Position numbers and translations under genes: made by a program. Below, piece after piece: positions 38,471 to 46,788 of a stretch of 46,788 bases of DNA. The notes below the pieces were generated by a model. That model made no database searches. It saw only the letters and a list, made by a program, of their open reading frames with translations, and was not told the origin of the DNA. The stretch is taken from the NCBI GenBank assembly GCA_017537565.1, contig JAFYKQ010000118.1, forward strand, positions 69,578-116,365, written 5' to 3'. Within the stretch, counting starts at the first letter, position 1. Each line of letters begins with the position of its first letter. The stretch is from Flavobacteriales bacterium. Lineage in GTDB: Bacteria > Bacteroidota > Bacteroidia > Flavobacteriales > UBA1820.

Positions 38471-39616
38471 ATGATACAACGCAAAGGTCGTAACACCTCT
38501 ACATCATCATCACCATCTCGTAACAGGAACGAGAAATCTTCATCTAGCGACAACAAAACTCCACGTCGCAATGCTCATAGTTCCAGAAAGACAGACGGAA
38601 TGGAAAGCATAAAAACTGGCAACCGCAAAAGCGTATATATCTCTCCCGAAAAACGTGCCGAAATGGCTCGTGAGGCAGAACGTGCACGCAAGGCTCGTAC
38701 AGATAACCGCCACGACAACCCAGAAAAACGTCGCGAAGACCGTGTGCGTTCGGCGGCTGCACTATCCAAAGAACGCCTATCACACTCAACTCCTAAATCT
38801 CCACGTCCTTCTACACGTGCTACAAGTGCACTAAACTCACGTCGTGGCAAAGACGATGGAGGTATGCGTCTTAATAAATTTATCGCTCACGCTGGTATAT
38901 GCTCACGCCGTGATGCAGATATGTACATACGCAGCGGAAATGTAACCATAAACGGTGAAGTAGTTACCGAGATGGGATACAAGGTCCAGCCGACAGACCG
39001 CGTATGTTTTGATGGAGTGGAGCTGAAAGCCGAAAAGAAAGTATATGTCCTACTCAACAAGCCTAAAAACTACATCACCACGACAGACGACCCAGAAAAA
39101 CGTCGTACGGTGATGGACCTTATAAAGAATGCTTCGCGTGAGAGAATATATCCAGTAGGTCGTCTAGACCGTTCTACTATGGGACTGCTGCTCTTTACAA
39201 ATGACGGCGAGATGGCCAAAGGCATAATGCACCCTTCCAGCAACATCAAAAAAACATATCAAGTAACACTGGACCGCAACCTTACGGCACAGGATATGGG
39301 GAATATACGTTCGGGTATAGAACTGGAAGACGGCATAATACAGGTAGACAACATATCTTATATCCCAGATGCACGCCACAACGAACTAGGAGTGGAACTA
39401 CATTCGGGACGTAACCGTATCGTCCGTCGTATATTTGAGCATTTGGGTTACCAGGTAGTTAAACTGGACCGCGTACAACTGGGTCCTCTTACCAAAAAGA
39501 ACCTAAGTCGTGGTATGTGGCGTTTCCTTACACAGAGCGAGATAAATATGCTAAAGATGTTGTCATCTGGCAAGACAAATGCAGATTACAATGAAGATTC
39601 ATTTGAACTAGAATAA
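38471..39616 (+). CDS. rRNA pseudouridine synthase (RluB/RluF/RsuA family) with S4 domain and basic N-terminal extension
   Basis: RLNKFIA..CSRRDAD, LNKPK, VGRLDR, GRNRIVRR. Confidence 0.93.
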   Translation: MIQRKGRNTSTSSSPSRNRNEKSSSSDNKTPRRNAHSSRKTDGMESIKTGNRKSVYISPEKRAEMAREAERARKARTDNRHDNPEKRREDRVRSAAALSKERLSHSTPKSPRPSTRATSALNSRRGKDDGGMRLNKFIAHAGICSRRDADMYIRSGNVTINGEVVTEMGYKVQPTDRVCFDGVELKAEKKVYVLLNKPKNYITTTDDPEKRRTVMDLIKNASRERIYPVGRLDRSTMGLLLFTNDGEMAKGIMHPSSNIKKTYQVTLDRNLTAQDMGNIRSGIELEDGIIQVDNISYIPDARHNELGVELHSGRNRIVRRIFEHLGYQVVKLDRVQLGPLTKKNLSRGMWRFLTQSEINMLKMLSSGKTNADYNEDSFELE

Positions 39617-39629
39617 AATACATTATACT

Positions 39630-39833
39630 ATGGAAAAGACCTGCCCACGATGCGGCAAGACGTTTACTTGCCTACACGAAGACATAGAAAACTGCTGGTG
39701 TATGAGCACAGAATTTCACCCAGATGTAATAGCTTACATATCTGGAGAATACACCGGTTGCCTATGTAAAGAATGTCTGGAAGAGCTTAACCGTCGCGCC
39801 AGACTAAAACTACCACTGGATAAAAAGAAATAA
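39630..39833 (+). CDS. Cysteine-rich CWC family protein
   Basis: CPRCG..F.C......CWC...CLCKECL. Confidence 0.85.
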   Translation: MEKTCPRCGKTFTCLHEDIENCWCMSTEFHPDVIAYISGEYTGCLCKECLEELNRRARLKLPLDKKK

Positions 39834-39842
39834 AATATATCC

Positions 39843-39878
39843 CTTAAAAAACGGCACCCGAGGGTGCCGTTTTTTAAG
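39843..39878. terminator. Bidirectional intrinsic terminator
   Basis: CTTAAAAAACGGCACCC-GA-GGGTGCCGTTTTTTAAG. Confidence 0.9.
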
Positions 39879-39896
39879 ATTCACAGTACATATATA

Positions 39897-40682
39897 CTAT
39901 TTTTCATATTCTTTGGCACGTTGCCAGAACACTTCCATATCGTTCACATTCATCTGTGATAGATTTTCTCCTGCCTCGTCTATAAGACGTTCCATAGTCA
40001 TAAAACGGGATATGAATTTTTTGTTGGTACATTCCAGTGCTTCTTCGGCATTGATACCTAGATGTTCGGCATAGTTAACCAATGAAAAGAACACATCTCC
40101 CAATTCCTTTTTCATAGCCTCTTTATCGCCACGTTCCACTTCGTCGTGCAGTTCTCCCATCTCTTCACATACTTTATCCCATACTCCGCTGGCATTTTCC
40201 CAATCAAATCCTACACCCTGGGCTTTTTCCTTTATACGCTGGGCTTTAATCATCGCTGGCAGGCTGCGTGGTACTCCCGATAGTACAGACTTGCGACCCT
40301 CGGTGAGTTTTATCTTCTCCCAGTTCTTTTTTACAGTCTCACTATCCTGGGCACACACATCTCCATAGACGTGAGGGTGGCGACGTATGAGTTTTTCACA
40401 CTCCCCGTCCAGTATTTCACTCATCGTAAAGGCACCTCGTTCACGTCCCATAATGGCATAGAATATAACGTGAAGCATCACATCTCCACATTCCTTGCGT
40501 ACCTCATCCATATTTTCATCTATAATGGCATCTGCCAATTCATAGACTTCCTCTATGGTGTTTGAACGCAGACTCTCAAATGTCTGCTTACGGTCCCAAG
40601 GACACTTCTCTCGCAATTCCTCCACTATGTCATACAGTCTGGAAAATGCCTCTTGTGCTTTCTTTTTCTCCTCCATATACAT
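39897..40682 (-). CDS. mazG: Nucleoside triphosphate pyrophosphohydrolase MazG
   Basis: CPWDRKQT, EEVYE, KLIRRHPHV, GFDW, ELGD. Confidence 0.95.
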   Translation of the reverse strand: MYMEEKKKAQEAFSRLYDIVEELREKCPWDRKQTFESLRSNTIEEVYELADAIIDENMDEVRKECGDVMLHVIFYAIMGRERGAFTMSEILDGECEKLIRRHPHVYGDVCAQDSETVKKNWEKIKLTEGRKSVLSGVPRSLPAMIKAQRIKEKAQGVGFDWENASGVWDKVCEEMGELHDEVERGDKEAMKKELGDVFFSLVNYAEHLGINAEEALECTNKKFISRFMTMERLIDEAGENLSQMNVNDMEVFWQRAKEYEK

Positions 40683-40693
40683 ATATATATCCC

Positions 40694-40721
40694 AAAAGAG
40701 CCTGCACTTTAAGCAGGCTCT
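40694..40721 (-). terminator. Probable terminator after yajC
   Basis: AGAGCCTGC/GCAGGCTCT stem with short U tail on the minus strand. Confidence 0.6.
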
Positions 40722-40744
40722 CGTTTCTACTTCCTTTATTATGA

Positions 40745-41062
40745 TTATTTGGCTTCTTTGTTACCGTAACGTGCCAGTGTAAGGTCACGAGATATAGCAG
40801 ATAGTTCAAATACTATATGACCAGCCTTTGTATCTATTACAGCAGTAGAGTCATTTATCTCTACCAAACGACCGTGGATACCACCTATGGTTACAACCCA
40901 CTGTCCTTTCTGCAATTCTTCTCTGAATTGTTTTTCCTGTTTCTGACGTTTCTGTTGAGGACGTATCATAAGGAAATACATAATGGCTATAAATGCCACG
41001 AGCATGATTATCATACTCATACCGCCACCACCAGCGGCTGCTTGAAGGATAATTTGATTCAT
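40745..41062 (-). CDS. yajC: Preprotein translocase subunit YajC
   Basis: YFLMIRPQQKRQK, VVTIGGIHG. Confidence 0.95.
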   Translation of the reverse strand: MNQIILQAAAGGGGMSMIIMLVAFIAIMYFLMIRPQQKRQKQEKQFREELQKGQWVVTIGGIHGRLVEINDSTAVIDTKAGHIVFELSAISRDLTLARYGNKEAK

Positions 41063-41094
41063 TTTATTTAAGAATTAAGTTTATGATTTCTGTG

Positions 41095-41535
41095 TTATTT
41101 GGGGTCGACGATATTACCAGTGATATATAGTATCTCACGACCTTCGCGGGTATTTACCGTAAGGGTTACCGATTTGGTAAAACGGTCCCAACCTTCGCCA
41201 TTAAACGTAACCTTGACCTGTGATTCATCTCCTGGCATTATAGGTTCGCGAGGGTATTCGGGCATAGTACAACCACACGACGTTGCGACATCTGCTATGA
41301 TGAGCGGAGCATTACCCGTATTCTTAAACTTAAAGACGTGTGATACTTTTTTACCACGTTCTATATCACCAAAGTCCCATTTGCGGGCATTGCGTTCCCA
41401 GGCCATAATGGCACGCTTTTCTTTTTTGACCTCGGTCATCTGTGCATCTTTTTTACCTCCTTTGCTTTGAGGTTCTGCTCCGCACATACTCACCGTCAGT
41501 CCCAATGCTACTATTAGCAGTAATACCTTTTTCAT
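41095..41535 (-). CDS. DUF1573 domain protein
   Basis: DFGDI..F.FKNTG..PL.I..SCGCT.P motif. Confidence 0.9.
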   Translation of the reverse strand: MKKVLLLIVALGLTVSMCGAEPQSKGGKKDAQMTEVKKEKRAIMAWERNARKWDFGDIERGKKVSHVFKFKNTGNAPLIIADVATSCGCTMPEYPREPIMPGDESQVKVTFNGEGWDRFTKSVTLTVNTREGREILYITGNIVDPK

Positions 41536-41595
41536 CTTTTATATCTCGTATTTGGGTGAGGTTGTAAAAATACAAAATTTATGTAACACAACCAA

Positions 41596-42540
41596 CTACA
41601 TAAGGCCTCTGCCCGATTTCTGGATTTTTCCTTCTTTTGTCAAACTTTCCATCAGACGGTCCAATACACCATTTATAAACACACTGCTTTTAACCGTAGA
41701 GTATTCCTTGGCCACCTCTATGTATTCGTTAAGTGTAACCTTGGCTGGTATGGTATTAAAGAGCATAAATTCCACCACAGCCATCTCCATCAGGATAAAG
41801 TCCACCATCGCTATGCGTTCGGCGTCCCAGTTTCTTAATTTTTCTTCTATCATAGGTCTATATGATGGCCCTTTCTCTATGGTGCGTTCCAGTAGTTTTA
41901 CCGCAAAGTCCCTATCCAGAATATCCTTAAACAGTGTAGGTATCTCCATCTCATCTACCGGTATATCTTCATAGATATCGGTTATGGTTTTAAGCAGCAT
42001 ACTATTGGCTACCTGCAAGTCTCCTACCCATTCCTTATGGCAATCTTCATAATAGTCTGCCACAGCTTCCATAGGAGCTATTATCTTTTTGAAGAGGAAT
42101 ATCACTATCTTTTTATGAGCTATAAACGTAGGTGTTTCCTCCTGCATATATTCTTCATATTCGCTCGACTGCAAAAACTCGTTATAACACAGTTCCACAT
42201 ACTCGCTGCGGTCCTGCCAAGGCGAAGAAAAACGTTCTGCAAGACGGCGTAGAGTCTTATTTTCTTCCAGAAAAGCAAATACAGGATTCTCTACAAAACG
42301 CATATTTGGATTAAGGTCTTCGGCTGTAGCCAGACGTTTGCCGCGACGGGCTTCTATACGGGCTGATGCCATATCCTTTACCGCCAGCAACAACGAATAC
42401 TGATATGAATACAGTTCTTCTATCTTTTCTATTCCCAGTATGAGATTCTTACGAGCTACGGCTATATCCTGCATATCTGACTGTCTATAAGCATAGACCG
42501 CCTGCATTACTTTGGCTCTTATATGACGACGTGTGAGCAT
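41596..42540 (-). CDS. nusB: Transcription antitermination factor NusB (Bacteroidota long form)
   Basis: MLTRRHIRAKVMQ, NWDAERIA, NEYIEVAKEYST..FINGVLD. Confidence 0.95.
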   Translation of the reverse strand: MLTRRHIRAKVMQAVYAYRQSDMQDIAVARKNLILGIEKIEELYSYQYSLLLAVKDMASARIEARRGKRLATAEDLNPNMRFVENPVFAFLEENKTLRRLAERFSSPWQDRSEYVELCYNEFLQSSEYEEYMQEETPTFIAHKKIVIFLFKKIIAPMEAVADYYEDCHKEWVGDLQVANSMLLKTITDIYEDIPVDEMEIPTLFKDILDRDFAVKLLERTIEKGPSYRPMIEEKLRNWDAERIAMVDFILMEMAVVEFMLFNTIPAKVTLNEYIEVAKEYSTVKSSVFINGVLDRLMESLTKEGKIQKSGRGLM

Positions 42541-42703
42541 ATTTTATGTTTTATTCTATATTATGACATCTTTATAGACGTACCCTGCAAAGGTAATACA
42601 TTATTTTTTTCTTTTCATATGATATTTTGCTTTTTACTTTGTACATTTATAAAGAAAATCGGTCGTAAAGGTTCTACCTTGTGGCCCACACACCAACCTT
42701 ACT

Positions 42704-43075
42704 ATGAACACCCCTACACCCAAACGCCATTTCTTCCCTTCAAAATCATCGAGCAAGACATTTAAAAAACGTCCATCTGCCTCATATGACCCCTCTCTTA
42801 AAAATTTCTCACGACTTTCCAGCGAAATCCACATCTATGGTATAGACGACCCTATGACCATAGAACACGCCATAGAACACTCTATACGCATACTACTTAA
42901 CAACCATCTCCCTACCGATGAACACCTGCAAAACATATGGATAGCCGATACCCGTGGCATAACACGTGTATGGGAGATGAGCGAGACGGCCTATCGTCTC
43001 ACCCTTATAAACCTGGCATCACAATCCCCACGACTATCACAGATGCTCATACGCCACATCAAATTTTTTAAATAA
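42704..43075 (+). CDS. Hypothetical protein, weakly DinD/BRO-N-like
   Basis: 123-aa ORF filling the gap between nusB and SUI1; AIE.SI..HLQ..W.MS..AY.L.L.N pattern. Confidence 0.55.
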   Translation: MNTPTPKRHFFPSKSSSKTFKKRPSASYDPSLKNFSRLSSEIHIYGIDDPMTIEHAIEHSIRILLNNHLPTDEHLQNIWIADTRGITRVWEMSETAYRLTLINLASQSPRLSQMLIRHIKFFK

Positions 43076-43148
43076 TCTCCTCTACCATATACGCAAATTG
43101 CGTATATTTGACATATCTATCTACTATTATATAGATAGGCATAACTGT

Positions 43149-43493
43149 ATGGCAAAAAACATATCACATTCGTTTGAAGAGCTGGGAGGATTGGTATTCT
43201 CTACCGACCGCACTATGGACCTCTCCCCTGCGGAGGAAGAAGTAGAAACACTTACCGCCGATGCTCAACGACTCAAAGTAAAACGCGACGCCAGCGGGCG
43301 ACGTGGAAAGGTCGTTACCATCATAGAAGGATTTGTAGGGAGTGATGAAGACCTCGAAGAACTAGGCCGCAAGGTAAAAAAACACTGTGGTGTAGGTGGC
43401 AGCGTGAAAGACTCACAGATAATAATCCAAGGCGAGCTTACAGACAAGATACGCACATTCCTCATAGGTCAAGGCTATACTCGTACCAAATAA
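43149..43493 (+). CDS. Translation initiation factor SUI1/YciH family protein
   Basis: GRRGKVVTII, KKHCGVGGSVKD..IIIQG; start ATG 43149. Confidence 0.92.
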   Translation: MAKNISHSFEELGGLVFSTDRTMDLSPAEEEVETLTADAQRLKVKRDASGRRGKVVTIIEGFVGSDEDLEELGRKVKKHCGVGGSVKDSQIIIQGELTDKIRTFLIGQGYTRTK

Positions 43494-43495
43494 TA

Positions 43496-44386
43496 ATGAA
43501 CGCTATGAATACCATTAAAGAATCTGAACTTATCATCACACCGCAAGGTCAGATATACCACATAGGATTACGTCCAGAAGAATGTGCCGATACGGTCATA
43601 TTGGTAGGAGACCCTGCCCGTGTGGAACGCGTATCACGACATTTTGATAGTATAGAACACCGCAGTTCTCATCGCGAGATGGTTGTAAATACAGGCACTT
43701 ACCGCGGTGTGCGTATGACGGTACTATCCAGCGGTATAGGACCCGATAACATAGATATAGTCATAAACGAACTAGACGCTCTTAAAAACATAGACTTCGA
43801 TACCCGTAGCATAAAACCCACACATACCTCTATGCGTATAGTACGCATAGGAACATCGGGTTCATTGCAGAAGGAAATACCTGTGGATAGTTATGTGGTG
43901 TCTAGATATGGACTGGGGCTGGACGGCGTCCTGCATTTCTATGACAGCCAGCACGTACGCAACATAGAACTGGAAAACGCATTTATAGAGCAGACATCGT
44001 GGAACAAACTCCTATCCAGACCCTATGTTGTAAGTGGCGACGAGGCTCTCTTTACAGCACTTAGCAGCGAGAACACCCACGCAGGCTTTACAGCTACCGC
44101 CATCGGTTTTTATGGACCACAAGGCAGGGTGTTGAGATTGCCATTGGCACAGGAGGATATGAACTCTCGCATAGAGGGATTCACACATAATGGTTTACGT
44201 ATCACAAACTATGAGATGGAGACATCTACCATCTATGGACTTGCCGCTCTTTTGGGACACCGAGCCTGCTCCATAAACTGCATCATAGCCAATCGTGCAG
44301 CAGGGACTTTTTCCTCCCACCCACTAGAATCGGTAGACAATATGATAAAATACACACTGGATAAATTGGCCGATATGCCACTGTAA
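43496..44386 (+). CDS. Nucleoside (uridine-type) phosphorylase
   Basis: VGDPARV, RIGTSG, GFYGPQGR, NYEMET. Confidence 0.92.
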   Translation: MNAMNTIKESELIITPQGQIYHIGLRPEECADTVILVGDPARVERVSRHFDSIEHRSSHREMVVNTGTYRGVRMTVLSSGIGPDNIDIVINELDALKNIDFDTRSIKPTHTSMRIVRIGTSGSLQKEIPVDSYVVSRYGLGLDGVLHFYDSQHVRNIELENAFIEQTSWNKLLSRPYVVSGDEALFTALSSENTHAGFTATAIGFYGPQGRVLRLPLAQEDMNSRIEGFTHNGLRITNYEMETSTIYGLAALLGHRACSINCIIANRAAGTFSSHPLESVDNMIKYTLDKLADMPL

Positions 44387-44389
44387 TAT

Positions 44390-45070
44390 ATGAGAATAGA
44401 CATTATAACCGCCGTACCGGCACTACTGGAAAGCCCCTTTGCACATTCTATAATGAAACGCGCACAGGACAAGGGATATGTAGAGATATATGTACACAAC
44501 CTACACGATTACTCCAAAAACAAATATCGCCAAGTGGACGATTATCAGTTTGGCGGAGGTGCTGGTATGGTGATGATGATAGAACCTATCGACAAATGCA
44601 TAGAACAACTCAAAAGTGAACGCCACTATGACAGCGTCATATATATGACACCAGACGGCCAGCAGTGGGACCAGCCTATGGCAAATACATTTTCTATGTA
44701 TGAAAACATCATCATACTATGCGGACACTACAAGGGTGTGGACGAACGCGTGAGAGAGCTGCACATCACACACGAGATATCGATAGGAGACTATGTGATT
44801 TCGGGAGGTGAACTGGCAGCGGCAATAGTGGCAGACAGCATAGTACGTCTTATTCCCGGTGTGTTGGGCGACGAACAGAGTGCTCTTTCAGATAGCCACC
44901 AAGACGGATTACTATCACCACCTATATATACCCGCCCGGTAGAATACAAGGGGCTGAAAGTACCCGATGTGCTTATGAGTGGAAATCACGGTGCGATAGA
45001 GAAATGGAGAGCCGAGGAAGCTATACGTCGCACACGTGAACGCCGCCCCGATATGTTAAAGGAGGATTGA
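44390..45070 (+). CDS. trmD: tRNA (guanine-N1)-methyltransferase
   Basis: [33 protein letters not shown]. Confidence 0.97.
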   Translation: MRIDIITAVPALLESPFAHSIMKRAQDKGYVEIYVHNLHDYSKNKYRQVDDYQFGGGAGMVMMIEPIDKCIEQLKSERHYDSVIYMTPDGQQWDQPMANTFSMYENIIILCGHYKGVDERVRELHITHEISIGDYVISGGELAAAIVADSIVRLIPGVLGDEQSALSDSHQDGLLSPPIYTRPVEYKGLKVPDVLMSGNHGAIEKWRAEEAIRRTRERRPDMLKED

Positions 45071-45288
45071 AATAAAAAAAAAGAGTAGATAAAAAATCAT
45101 CAATCAAGTCATAAGACCTCATAAAGTGTAGATTTTACCCTCAAACGTTGAGTTTTCAGCAATATTTCACCACAAATGATGCAGTAGGTGTATTTATGAA
45201 ATAAAGTATGGCAAGGTGAAAAATCTTTTCTAAATTAGCACCCATAAACAATTAAATAACATATTAAAAACAAAACATTCTCAAAAAG

Positions 45289-46692
45289 ATGAAATACAGA
45301 ATAGAAAGCGACTCGTTGGGCGAGGTAAAAGTACCTGCTACGGCGTATTACGGAGTTCAGACACAACGTGCGATAGAAAACTTTGACATCTCTCGCATCA
45401 AGGTAAGCGACTACCGCGAATTGGTAAAAGCTCTTGGTATAGTTAAACTAGCTGCTGCTCGTGCCAACTACGCTCTAGGACTACTTCCAAAAGACATCTT
45501 CCAGGCTATGGAAGCTGCTTGCCAGAGAATCATTGACGGTGAATTTGACAAAGAATTCCCTGTGGACCTTATCCAGGGTGGTGCAGGTACTTCTACCAAT
45601 ATGAACGCCAATGAAGTTATTGCCAATATAGCTCTTGAATCTATGGGCAAAGAACGTGGCGATTACAAAACTATCTCTCCAAACGACCACGCAAACCTAT
45701 CACAGAGTACAAATGACGCATATCCTACTTCTCTTAAAGTAGCATTCATCTACTCAAACATAGAGCTTATAAAACACCTGGAAGGCCTTATCGCTTCTTT
45801 CCGTGCCAAAGGAAAAGAATTTGCTTCTATCCTTAAAATGGGCCGTACAGAAATGCAGGACGCTGTGCCTATGACAGTAGGACAGGAGTTTGAAGCATTT
45901 GCTGCTACTCTTTCAGAAGAAGTTGACCGTCTTAACCAGAATGCAAAACTATTCCAGGAAATAAACATGGGTGCTACTGCCATAGGTACTGGTATCAACT
46001 CTACTCCTGGATATGCAGAACTGGTTACTTCAAAACTTTCAGAGATAATGGGTATGACATTTATCAAGGCTTCAAACCTTATAGAAGCTACTCCAGATAC
46101 TGGTTCATACGTTATCTACTCTTCGGCTCTTAAACGTTTGGCTGTAAAACTTTCAAAGATAAGCAATGACCTTCGTCTGCTTTCTTCTGGTCCTCGTTGC
46201 GGTTTCAACGAAATCAACCTACCTTCACTTCAGCCAGGTTCTTCTATCATGCCAGGTAAAGTAAACCCTGTGGTTCCTGAAATGGTGAGCGAGGTATGCT
46301 ACAAGGTAATAGGCAACGACCTTACAGTTACATTTGCTGCAGAAGCTGGTCAGTTGCAGCTTAACGCTATGGAGCCAGTTATCGCCGAAGCTATACTGGA
46401 ATCTATCACATACCTATGCCGTGCTATGGATACACTATCACAGAAATGTGTAGATGGTATCACTGCCAATGTAGATGTATGCCGCAATATGGTGATGAAT
46501 TCTATCGGTCTTGTTACAGCTCTTAACCCATACATCGGTTACAAGAATTCGGCTATGATAGCCAAAGAAGCTCTTGCAACAGGTAAAGGCGTTTATGACC
46601 TGGTACTAGAACACAACATTCTAGCCAAAGACAAACTGGACGAAATCCTAGACCCAGAAAATATGATTGCTCCTCACCCATTTGAGAAATAA
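45289..46692 (+). CDS. aspA: Aspartate ammonia-lyase
   Basis: QGGAGTSTNMNANE, QSTNDAYPT, GSSIMPGKVNP. Confidence 0.93.
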   Translation: MKYRIESDSLGEVKVPATAYYGVQTQRAIENFDISRIKVSDYRELVKALGIVKLAAARANYALGLLPKDIFQAMEAACQRIIDGEFDKEFPVDLIQGGAGTSTNMNANEVIANIALESMGKERGDYKTISPNDHANLSQSTNDAYPTSLKVAFIYSNIELIKHLEGLIASFRAKGKEFASILKMGRTEMQDAVPMTVGQEFEAFAATLSEEVDRLNQNAKLFQEINMGATAIGTGINSTPGYAELVTSKLSEIMGMTFIKASNLIEATPDTGSYVIYSSALKRLAVKLSKISNDLRLLSSGPRCGFNEINLPSLQPGSSIMPGKVNPVVPEMVSEVCYKVIGNDLTVTFAAEAGQLQLNAMEPVIAEAILESITYLCRAMDTLSQKCVDGITANVDVCRNMVMNSIGLVTALNPYIGYKNSAMIAKEALATGKGVYDLVLEHNILAKDKLDEILDPENMIAPHPFEK

Positions 46693-46788
46693 TCATAGGA
46701 CAGGATACTGATACAGTCCCGCCACACGCGCGTGTGGCGGGACTGTATCAGTATCCTGTCCTATGATTATTTCTCAAATGGGTGAGGA
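46671..46788. repeat. Perfect 118-bp palindrome at window end
   Basis: 46671-46729 is the exact reverse complement of 46730-46788, with no loop. Confidence 0.95.

Noticed and set aside
38471-38860. Long Arg/Ser-rich N-terminus of the pseudouridine synthase
   Set aside because: Variable disordered extensions are usual for this family in Bacteroidota.
39897-40682. MazG as an anti-phage or TA component
   Set aside because: Two-domain housekeeping MazG in core nusB-yajC context, with no mazEF.

Overview
A 46.8-kb chromosomal window from a Bacteroidota bacterium, shown by many TAnnTTTG promoter boxes. The gene order bactofilin-atpZ-orf-atpBEFHA..G without atpDC looks more Flavobacteriales-like than Bacteroides-like (inference). 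Most of it is housekeeping: partial exbB-like gene, tRNA-Ser(GGA), ansA, lipid enzymes, M13 peptidase, an outer-membrane barrel, rpmH (missed by the ORF track), tsaB, F-ATPase genes, lemA/TPM, tatD, tonB, fabG, aroK, TolC/MFP, AddB-like nuclease, pseudouridine synthase, mazG, yajC, nusB, SUI1, trmD and aspA. No transposase, integrase or CRISPR array was seen. Most notable: (1) a ~210-nt nested inverted-repeat element with mutually exclusive pairings at 22809-23019, leading a small AT-rich two-gene islet (candidate cis-regulatory RNA or ncRNA); (2) a ~4.6-kb block of three paralogous lipoprotein genes and a secreted metallophosphoesterase between atpA and atpG, with exact direct repeats at gene boundaries; (3) a purine-skewed 60-bp tandem repeat behind tRNA-Ser; (4) a consensus sigma54 promoter before tonB and an ECF-type promoter before the barrel gene; (5) a short SprE/PorW-like TPR protein; (6) a perfect 118-bp terminal palindrome, most likely an assembly fold-back. 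Family calls come from reading motifs, not database searches.
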